Shown here in pieces: positions 1 to 7,463 of a stretch of DNA of 32,000 nt; within the stretch, counting starts at the first letter, position 1; each line of letters opens with the position of its first letter. This DNA is from Thermodesulfobacteriota bacterium (GTDB lineage: Bacteria; Desulfobacterota; WTBG01; JAGOGO01), in the NCBI GenBank assembly GCA_026625185.1, contig CP113000.1:90001-122000 (forward strand), written 5' to 3'. The notes under the pieces were generated by a model, which was not told where the DNA came from, did no database searches, and saw only the letters and a program-made list of their open reading frames with translations. Made by a program: the position numbers and the translations under genes.

Positions 1-17
1 AGGCATAATAAATTTCA
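1..17 (-). CDS. 5' end of an unidentified CDS running off the left edge (MKFIMP...)
   Basis: Minus-strand ATG at 17 with AAGGAGA about 6 nt upstream, 95 nt downstream of the YdbH-like stop. Only 6 codons are visible. Confidence 0.3.
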
Positions 18-111
18 TACTCATTCTCCTTTTTAACTAAAAGTGAAACAATTGAAGCCGTTACAATCTCCTTTTTTCACGGCCCAAGTCCAAAAATTAT
101 TTCTTCCCCAT

Positions 112-2073
112 TTAATGTTTTCCCATTAACTGAGGAATCACCATCCGGTTTAACAGTTCGTCCAGACTGCTGATCGTGATATCCAGCCCCCCGATAGGAA
201 CTATATTTTCTTTCTGCCCGCGGGGGCCATATCCTTGTGCCTGCACACGCGTTTGCAGAACATTGTTCTCATCATTTTTGAAGACTACTTTTAGCTGGGA
301 ATATTCTATGTCCTGAAGTGCACGCAGCATCATGAGGCTGACAATTTCCTGGGCGTTTTTTGTTTTTGGATCAATATCTTTTGCGATGCCCACTATCTTC
401 ATGGCGGTTTCTTTTGAAAATTGCAGCCCCCCTTTGGGCGGTCGCGCTTCAAGATAACCGTCGCCAAAGGCAAGGCGCGGGTGTTTTCCCCACTTAATCG
501 TTATCGGAACATGACCGTAAATCCTGCCCTCCCCCTTTACGCCGTGGTAGTCCATAAAATCAAGGAGATCCTGAAGATTTAAAGCCTCAACATTCAGGTC
601 ACATGAAAGGTGCGACTGGGAAAAATCCAGCGGGATATTGTTGCTGAATAGTCTTCCGCCGGCCCAGTTCAGGTCAAGGGATTTTATATATAATATTTCT
701 TTTTTTGCAAAATTAAAAATAGTTTGTCCCTTTTCAATTTTAAAGCTACCGATATGAGCATTCTTAAAGGTAAAAACTTGTTCTCCGTTCGTGATCAGTG
801 GGGCAACACTATTAAGCCCAAGCACTCCGTTAATGTCTTGAATTCCCGTATCGCTTCCTGATTTTTTCCATTCTCCATCTTTTATCTCAACACTGTAGCG
901 CTGAAGTATTTTGCCCCCTTCTATTTTTAATCGCGCTTTTGCAGAAAATGTTCCTGTCAGATCATCATCTTTTATGGGTGAAATGAGACCCGCAAGCCAT
1001 TTCTTATTTCGGGTGGTAAATTCCGGGATCGCCACGTTAATAGTTCCGTTTACACCCTGACGATCAAAATAAAGATTGCCAATGACATTGACTGTCGCCC
1101 AGGGCCCGAGAGCGCTCTTGACCGTCATGTCAAGTTTGTTTTTATCAACGTGAAATAAACTGATTATTTTTGAAAGGGAGACAGCGGCAAGGTCAACAGC
1201 TTCAATGTTCAATGACCCCTTTGTTTCATTTTTTGCCGCATCCATGACTGCGGTTGCCGCAAGATTATTTATGGCCAGTGTTAAAGGTTCTCTGGCGGCC
1301 GAGGTCTCAATAGAAAGGTGGTTTCCGGTTACAGATATTTGGCCGGTTAGTTGACCATTCTGGTACAATAGGTTTCCGTTGGCATTGAGGTGTCCTCTGC
1401 CTGATATTTGTTTTAAAGATGGATACACGGTGCTGATTAGTTTCAATAAGTTCAGATCGATCTTTGTTATCGTAAAGGCACCTTTGAATAATTTTGTCTT
1501 AAAATTCACGAATGCGCTGGTTTTTATTTTTGCGTTTTTCATTCGGGCTTGCAACTCAAAGACGCCGGTATTGTTTTCCGTGGCCCTGAAAGTCGCTTCT
1601 AAAGGAACCATCATCAATTGGCCTTCAACATTGAAAAGTAAAAAAGATTCTTTCAGAAAAAGGTTAGCAAAGGGTAAGATTAAAGTTTCATCGCTTTTCC
1701 CCCCGCCGGTAATGCTGGAGAGGGGGCCTAAATCCATGTTGCGATTTTTCACCCCCACTTCAAGGCGAGCACCGTAAAGGTTAATTGATTTCACCTTACC
1801 TTTGATTAAGGACCCTAAAGAGTAGCTCACCCTGATTTTTGTGATGTGAAACTTTTTTTCCAGGCCGATATTTAAATTTTCAAGCTCGGCGCTCCGGTAG
1901 GTAACGGATTTCACCTTGACACGAGCATCGGCAATTCCGCTTTTATTAAGTTCCGAAATTATTTTTTTTTGAACCAGACCGGGGAGGAGGGTAACCTGCA
2001 GGAAAAAGGCGACAGAAAAAATAAATAATAATGCCGAGGCAGTTAAAATTATAGTTTTGCGTGCAGATTTCAT
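112..2073 (-). CDS. YdbH-like / AsmA-family membrane-anchored protein (putative intermembrane lipid transfer)
   Basis: 653-aa ORF with an N-terminal TM helix and a long beta-rich repetitive body. The C-terminal block YHGVKGEGRIYGHVPI...YLEARPPKGGLQF resembles the YdbH C-terminal domain. Confidence 0.55.
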   Translation of the reverse strand: MKSARKTIILTASALLFIFSVAFFLQVTLLPGLVQKKIISELNKSGIADARVKVKSVTYRSAELENLNIGLEKKFHITKIRVSYSLGSLIKGKVKSINLYGARLEVGVKNRNMDLGPLSSITGGGKSDETLILPFANLFLKESFLLFNVEGQLMMVPLEATFRATENNTGVFELQARMKNAKIKTSAFVNFKTKLFKGAFTITKIDLNLLKLISTVYPSLKQISGRGHLNANGNLLYQNGQLTGQISVTGNHLSIETSAAREPLTLAINNLAATAVMDAAKNETKGSLNIEAVDLAAVSLSKIISLFHVDKNKLDMTVKSALGPWATVNVIGNLYFDRQGVNGTINVAIPEFTTRNKKWLAGLISPIKDDDLTGTFSAKARLKIEGGKILQRYSVEIKDGEWKKSGSDTGIQDINGVLGLNSVAPLITNGEQVFTFKNAHIGSFKIEKGQTIFNFAKKEILYIKSLDLNWAGGRLFSNNIPLDFSQSHLSCDLNVEALNLQDLLDFMDYHGVKGEGRIYGHVPITIKWGKHPRLAFGDGYLEARPPKGGLQFSKETAMKIVGIAKDIDPKTKNAQEIVSLMMLRALQDIEYSQLKVVFKNDENNVLQTRVQAQGYGPRGQKENIVPIGGLDITISSLDELLNRMVIPQLMGKH

Positions 2074-2186
2074 TTAATTCTAACCGAGGACCTAAAAAAC
2101 ACAACCCCTTAAAACACCTCTTAACGCTAAAAACCAATTCACAAAAAACAAGCGCAAAAGAAAATCACCCTTAAACCTGTTTAAAA

Positions 2187-3362
2187 TCAAACAGGCAAAA
2201 ACCCATCCGGGGCCAAGCTGGTCGCAAGCATCACCATGTTAATATACCCGTGCTCTTCCCACAGGTTGTTTTTTCTGTTTAAGGGCTCAAGCCAAAATGT
2301 CTCAATAGTTTTTGCCAGCGGCAAATAGCGCATCAGTTCATCAATTATAGAATTGCACTTGTGGTATTGTTTGAAAATCGATTTGTGTTCTTCAATTAAC
2401 CCCGGCACCTTTTCAACGGCACGCAACCCAGTTGAAAATCCCAGCTCCCGGAATGCAAGACGGTAATCAGCCTTACGTTTCCAGGGAACATTGCGGGCGT
2501 AGGCTTCCAGACCTGCCAGAGAATCTTCTAATACCAGCTCAATAAGATCCGTTTTTTTAAAATTTTTATTTACCGCCAGGTACACCGCTCTGTAAGCATC
2601 GCACAAAAGACCGCCGATACCAAGCGGATCATCGGTGACCCAGCTTTTCCCTTCACAAATACCGGCCATTTCGGCAATCTCTGTTTTAAGATCCGGACCG
2701 AACGCCTTTTCCGGATCGTTAGCGGCAGTGGCCTGAAGCTGATGGTAGGTTATGAATCCGTCGAGAGGATCTTGCTGCCCCATCGATGGCACAAGTGGAT
2801 ACGAAAGATCTATGCTCATCTTCCAGTACATTCGTTTCTGTCTGCTAAAGGGTGGCACATGGGTAAACCTGGTGTGAACTGTTTTTGCAAGCTCTATCGC
2901 CCACCGGTTATAGGCTACATCTCCGGTGACCCGGCTCACGCAATTAAGTGCGTGCATCCATTTGGTTAGGTAATGGTAGTACTGTCCGTCCCGGTCCCAT
3001 TCCCTTTCTTCGTCAAAGGGTTCGGAAGGTCCCCGTTCTTTCATTTTTTTCCCGATTCTCAACCCCCCTTGAGTAGGATGTTTTTTCCCTTCATCATCAC
3101 CGAGGCCGCTGATCCAGCCGATTCGTGAATCGTCTTTCCGGTGGCGACCCAAGATAGTATGAACTTGATCCACCAGGCTCAAGGCAAGCTGCTTGTATGT
3201 CTCATCATTGGTTTGACGATAAAGCTCCAGGAAGTTACAAACCGCAAAAGCATCGGTCCAGAGATAGCGTCGGGGAGCCTCTTCCGCTGGGGACAGCCCG
3301 GTCAGGCGGGCAAAATCAGTCATGATTTCTATGATTATAGACTTGGAGGAATTTGGTTTCAT
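2187..3362 (-). CDS. conserved hypothetical protein, function unknown
   Basis: Uninterrupted 391-aa ORF with protein-like composition. I recognise no family motif. Confidence 0.6.
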   Translation of the reverse strand: MKPNSSKSIIIEIMTDFARLTGLSPAEEAPRRYLWTDAFAVCNFLELYRQTNDETYKQLALSLVDQVHTILGRHRKDDSRIGWISGLGDDEGKKHPTQGGLRIGKKMKERGPSEPFDEEREWDRDGQYYHYLTKWMHALNCVSRVTGDVAYNRWAIELAKTVHTRFTHVPPFSRQKRMYWKMSIDLSYPLVPSMGQQDPLDGFITYHQLQATAANDPEKAFGPDLKTEIAEMAGICEGKSWVTDDPLGIGGLLCDAYRAVYLAVNKNFKKTDLIELVLEDSLAGLEAYARNVPWKRKADYRLAFRELGFSTGLRAVEKVPGLIEEHKSIFKQYHKCNSIIDELMRYLPLAKTIETFWLEPLNRKNNLWEEHGYINMVMLATSLAPDGFLPV

Positions 3363-3473
3363 TGTGGGCTGATTATTTATATAAAGTATCCATGAACACC
3401 TTGTAAATCATGTTTCGTTTATTTAAGTTTTCTGTTTTTTTACCAAGAACTTCGGCTTTATTTAATAACCTGC

Positions 3474-3888
3474 TCAGCTCGCCTTCAGTAAGCCGATCCC
3501 CAAAGTCACAACGCTCAGGGTTAAGATTAGTGACCCGCAATAAATCAAATAAACGGCTCGACTCGGCCCGGTGCTGGTGGGTGAGAGCATTGATAAAAAG
3601 AACCCGACGGAAAGGAACATGGCCGAGAGCGGAACACCGACTCTAACCATCCACTGAAAAAACTTCGGCAGGTCGGACGCATTTACAAGAATTTGGCACA
3701 CCAGTGACAAGATAATAATAACCCCTGCATGAGCGTGGCCGGCTCGAAAAAGGTTCTGTCTCAGCGCGTTCAGCATTATACCCGGATCGCTTATCAAACA
3801 ATAAGGTCAACAGAAAATAACCGCCCTACTGAATTATCGGCACTAAGAACAAGGTCGGTCCGGTCATAATTTTTGTTGCCCTACTCAT
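3474..3888 (-). pseudogene. disrupted small multi-TM membrane protein gene
   Basis: Strong SD (AAGGAGG) plus ATG at 3888 opens a 20-codon hydrophobic ORF ending in TAG. A 107-aa 3-4 TM ORF (TTG start at 3797) follows in another frame. Stops occur in all three frames between the two ORFs. Confidence 0.4.
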
Positions 3889-3966
3889 ACCAAACCTCCT
3901 TAGATTTTTACCGGGTTAATCAAATCCTTTATTTTTATATAAACCAACAAATACTGTAATAAAAAA

Positions 3967-4503
3967 CTATTTAATTTTAGAAGGCAGTCTGATCGTCCTG
4001 CCGGCAACCATAAACGAACCTTTGCTGAGATGATGAATGGTGCGAGGATGTTTACCTGAAAGATTAATCCAGGCTTTGATCACTTCAAGAATAAAAAAAT
4101 TGTATTTGGTCGCCATACTCGTGTCCACGACTTTGCATTCGAGATTGGCGTAGCACTCGGCGATAAGCGGTGCTTTGACATACGTGGCTTTTGCCGGCGT
4201 GAGAGAAAAGGTCTTAAACTTATCAATGCTTCGGCCGGAGGTATTGCCGCAGCTCACCACCTTTTTTGCCAGCTCCTCAGACGGAATATTGATCACGCAT
4301 TCTTTGGTAGCCTTTAAGATGTTGAAGGTATAATTCCGATTGCTGATCACGCAGCCGACCATCGGCGGTTCAAATTCCATCATCGTATGCCATGACATCG
4401 TCATAATGTTTGCCTTTCCCTTTCGGCTGGTAGTAACCATCACGACCGGTCCCGGTTCAAGCAGGCTATAGACTCGTGATAAAGGAAAAGATTTTTTCAT
4501 CAT
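3967..4503 (-). CDS. flavin reductase-like (FMN-binding split-barrel) protein
   Basis: 178 aa. LLEPGPVVMVTT...NIMTMSWHT...PPMVGCVI is the typical flavin reductase domain pattern. Confidence 0.85.
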   Translation of the reverse strand: MMKKSFPLSRVYSLLEPGPVVMVTTSRKGKANIMTMSWHTMMEFEPPMVGCVISNRNYTFNILKATKECVINIPSEELAKKVVSCGNTSGRSIDKFKTFSLTPAKATYVKAPLIAECYANLECKVVDTSMATKYNFFILEVIKAWINLSGKHPRTIHHLSKGSFMVAGRTIRLPSKIK

Positions 4504-4574
4504 GTCCGCACCCCTTTTTCAACCGTTTAAGTCAAAAGGCAATTCACAAACCTAGGCATCGCCTTTATTGCGCG

Positions 4575-4715
4575 CCTATCAGGAATTTTTTCTTTTCGTA
4601 AACGCTGAGGAGCTGAGCTTTTTGTTGAGTTTTTCAAAACGATTCTGCCGGTCAAAAAACAGGTACCCTTGTCTCCTGAGTGGTTTTACTACCTGCTTTA
4701 ATCAAAACGATTATA
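4575..4715 (-). pseudogene. IS5-family transposase 5'-end relic (copy A)
   Basis: Minus-strand translation LFFDRQNRFEKLNK. The nucleotides are homologous to 28790-28902 (agtttttcaaaacgattctgcc..., tggttt.actac.tgc...aatcaaaac.attata). It has no start codon and is truncated after about 30 codons. Confidence 0.5.
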
Positions 4716-5798
4716 CTAGTGGAGTGCGTATAACGCTTCTTTACATTTGGCCACTTTAGTCAAAATTCGTTTCACAGGTGCGCTCCATACAAAGACCCGG
4801 GGGTTTTGGTTGTGATTGTCCAGATAATCTTTGATAGCAGCGATCAATGCGGGCACGTTCTGAAAGGTCCCGCGCCGGATACGTTTGTCGGTAATCTCGC
4901 GGAACCATCGTTCGATCATATTCAACCAGGAGCTTGAAGACGGAATAAAATGCAAATGAAACCGAGGATGCCTTTGAAGCCAGGATTTGACACGTGGATG
5001 TTTGTGGGTGCCATAATTGTCCACGATCAGATGCAGATCCAATCCAGTGGAGGTTTCGGCATCTATTTTCTTGAGAAAACGGATAAACTCCTGATGTCGA
5101 TACCGCGCCATACAGTCGCCGATTACCGTGCCGTCAAGCATGCTGAGAGCTGCGAACAAGGTGGTCGTCCCATTGCGTTTATAGTCGTGTATCATGGCGC
5201 CGCAGCGTCCTTTCTTTATCGGCAAGCCCGGCTGGGTTCGGTCGAGAGCCAGGATTTGACTCTTTTCGTCCGCACACAAAACCAAGGACTTATCCGGAGG
5301 ATTCAGATACAGCCCGACGATGTCGTGGAGTTTTTCTATGAAATGCTTGTCGCGGCTGAGTTTGAAGGTCTTGACCAGATGGGGCTTGAGGTTGTGTTGT
5401 TTCCATATCCGTCGAATCGTCGCTTCGCTGAGACCTTGGGCACTGGCCATACTTCGGGTACTCCAATGAGTTGCATGGGGAGGTTTCGTGTGCAGGGTCG
5501 CTTCGACTACGGTCCTGATTCTTTCTGGCGAAATTCTCGGAATTCGACCAGGACGGGGAGCATCTTTTTTCAAACCCACCAAGCGAAGAGCCAAAAACCG
5601 CTGACGCCATAGTTGAACCGTAGGACGCGAAACTTTCATCCTCCGGGCAATCTCTTGACTCTCCATTCCGGCGGCCGCCATCAGAATAATCTGAGCACGC
5701 TGTACAAGTCGCATTGGAAGGATCCTTCCGCGTATCCAAATGGCCAGGATTGAGTGCTCTTCGGGAGACAATACAATTTGCTCAGCTTGTCTGGTCAT
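4716..5798 (-). CDS. IS630-family transposase (HTH + DDE_3)
   Basis: 360 aa. N-terminal HTH (SQEIARRMKVSRPTVQLWRQRF), then DEKSQILALDR, LIVDNYGTHKH and SSSWLNMIERWF, which are hallmark IS630 blocks. Confidence 0.9.
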   Translation of the reverse strand: MTRQAEQIVLSPEEHSILAIWIRGRILPMRLVQRAQIILMAAAGMESQEIARRMKVSRPTVQLWRQRFLALRLVGLKKDAPRPGRIPRISPERIRTVVEATLHTKPPHATHWSTRSMASAQGLSEATIRRIWKQHNLKPHLVKTFKLSRDKHFIEKLHDIVGLYLNPPDKSLVLCADEKSQILALDRTQPGLPIKKGRCGAMIHDYKRNGTTTLFAALSMLDGTVIGDCMARYRHQEFIRFLKKIDAETSTGLDLHLIVDNYGTHKHPRVKSWLQRHPRFHLHFIPSSSSWLNMIERWFREITDKRIRRGTFQNVPALIAAIKDYLDNHNQNPRVFVWSAPVKRILTKVAKCKEALYALH

Positions 5799-5858
5799 AA
5801 AAATTTTAAATATACTAAATTTTCCCTATTATGTCAAGATATTTATGACGCACCAACA
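4716..5858 (-). mobile_element. intact IS630-family insertion sequence (about 1.14 kb) flanked by TA/TA
   Basis: Single DDE transposase ORF. Imperfect terminal inverted repeats (ctagtggagtgcgtataa vs reverse complement tgttggtgcgtcataa). TA dinucleotides sit at 4714-4715 and 5859-5860, as expected for IS630/Tc1 target duplication. Confidence 0.8.
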
Positions 5859-6059
5859 TAGAAAAGCATAATAAAGTAAATATAGAGTGCTTAAATTAAT
5901 TTATGACAAAAAAAATAATTCGGCAAATCTTTTCAAAATTTCTGAGAGGAAAACTGGCCAAATTGTTTAGTATTTTCAATGGATTTGGATTCCATGCGGA
6001 TTACAAAAATCTCCGGCCCGAATCGGAATACTACCCACTGAAATTCGTAAGCGAAGGCC

Positions 6060-6365
6060 CAACATTGTGAGCGGCAATCTTCTTTTTCTGGAGAGGTTGA
6101 AGTTGATGAAAGCTGTTTTGGCGCCCGACGCATAAAGGGAAAACGTGGCCGGGAGCTTTTGGCAAAACAATTGTTTTTGGTATTTTTAAACGCCACGGGA
6201 AAGTCTTCCCCGAAATTATTCCTGATTGCCGAAGAACCAGGTTGCAAGCGGTTGTTCGAGGTCACCCAGGTCTAGAAAGGATCATTCATTCTGATGGCTG
6301 GCAAGGGTAAAATGGCCTCATTGACCGTGGTTACAAAAACACTTCAGCAGAGTCAACCTGCGGAT
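6060..6365 (+). pseudogene. IS1595-family (ISXO2-like) transposase relic
   Basis: Plus-strand fragments GEVEVDESCFGARRIKGKRGR / GAFGKTIVFGIFKRHGKVFPEIIPDC...IIHSDGWQG*NGLIDRGY. One frameshift near 6150 and an in-frame TAA near 6307. Confidence 0.6.
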
Positions 6366-6466
6366 AAATATAGGCAAATGGAGTCCTCACGGAGATCTTA
6401 ATGCCACAAAAATTCGCCTTGCCTACTTATAATATCAATCTAAGCGCCAGAATAAATAAGCCCAAA

Positions 6467-6524
6467 ACATTTTTCCGGTAAAAACCCCTCTGAGCGGGGC
6501 AAAGAGGCTTTTACCGGAAAAATG
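6467..6524. repeat. long perfect hairpin (16-bp arms, 26-nt loop)
   Basis: catttttccggtaaaa (6467-6482) is the exact reverse complement of ttttaccggaaaaatg (6509-6524). The loop contains its own cccc/gggg stem. Confidence 0.6.
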
Positions 6525-6641
6525 TGGGCCGAAATGTTGGTGCAAATAATGTGAGATTGTATGTCAAAGAGCGTGGAAGTTGGCAAAAAGAAGATAGCAT
6601 ACTGACGGATCGAGAAAATGACAACTACCAGAAAAAAAGAC

Positions 6642-6668
6642 TTGACAAACTTTGGGGGGGGGTATTAG
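6642..6668 (+). promoter_or_regulatory. sigma70-like motif with a G9 tract in the spacer
   Basis: TTGACA (6642-6647), a 15-nt spacer containing G9 (6654-6662), then TATTAG. The spacer length is suboptimal as written. Confidence 0.25.
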
Positions 6669-6788
6669 TCTCACAAGAATATTGCATACGGATAAGGCGG
6701 CTTCTGCTTAGGTCTCTTATTTAGAACGCAACCAAGAAATTTGATGTGATGGATAGAGACCTTTGAATTTTGCCATCTCACGACCCAG

Positions 6789-6862
6789 TCGTCATTCCGA
6801 CAAAAGTCGGATCCGGTATTTTCAGATATTTTCTGGATTCCGGATCAAGCCCGGAATGAGCG
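6789..6862. repeat. compound palindromic REP/MITE-like element
   Basis: Nested hairpins tccgac-aaaa-gtcgga (6796-6811) and attccgg-N7-ccggaat (6837-6857), with outer arms tcattccg / cggaatga. Confidence 0.5.
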
Positions 6863-7000
6863 AACAGCCCGTTTTCTAAGCTCATTTTAAAGATGGCTTG
6901 AATAATTTAGGTAATGGTTATGTAACGGTCGCATATTGTCAAGACTTTTTGAATCCTGATTTTTTTTCGATTCGATTCGAGAGATTTTGGAAAAAAGTTG

Positions 7001-7029
7001 TTGACTTTTTTTTTTGGAGTGGGTATTAA
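7001..7029 (+). promoter_or_regulatory. sigma70-like promoter candidate P2
   Basis: TTGACT-N17-TATTAA. The spacer starts with a T-run (T10 counting the -35 T). Confidence 0.4.
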
Positions 7030-7072
7030 TCAAAAAATAAATTTCGTAAAAAGCCCAAAAGCTCCTTACATT

Positions 7073-7101
7073 TGACGGGGAAGTTTGGTGGGGTTATTAA
7101 G
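7073..7101 (+). promoter_or_regulatory. sigma70-like promoter candidate P3
   Basis: TTGACG-N17-TATTAA, 72 bp downstream of P2 in the same orientation as the DUF1302 gene. Confidence 0.4.
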
Positions 7102-7463
7102 CGGCTGGATTCCTGTATATTGCTTTTTCTCTCCCATTTATTTTCACCCGCCAGAAGAGGAGTAATTTATTTTTTACAAGTTTAAATTTATTAGGCTCTA
7201 AAATTTTGAAAAGACTAGTTGCTGTTTTTTTTTCAGTTAGGGGGATAACTAGTCAAAGGAACGCGGAAAGCTATTCAAAAGGAGGTGATATTTATGGGGG
7301 TTTGACGGAATTTACGACGGGACAATGTTTAGTCCCTGGATATGTAAATTTCGCAATGTAAATTTTTTAAACTCAAGAGTTACAATTGACGGTTTTTCAT
7401 GGAACGAGGCACCGTTCAGCCTTATTAACCATAAAACCGCAAGGAGGAAGGAAGGGTGGTATA

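Noticed and set aside
1379-1777. 132-aa plus-strand ORF
   Set aside because: It is antisense to the 653-aa YdbH-like ORF and has unnatural composition.
4950-5739. 220-aa and 149-aa ORFs inside the IS630 region
   Set aside because: These are antisense or out-of-frame shadows of the well-supported transposase ORF.
5933-6265. 110-aa and 64-aa minus-strand ORFs
   Set aside because: They lie antisense to the IS1595 transposase relic, whose plus-strand fragments carry recognisable motifs.
7386-7463. TTG start giving a 599-aa DUF1302 protein
   Set aside because: The extension (MTVFHGTRHRSALL...) precedes a canonical signal peptide that begins at the ATG at 7464, so the ATG start is preferred.
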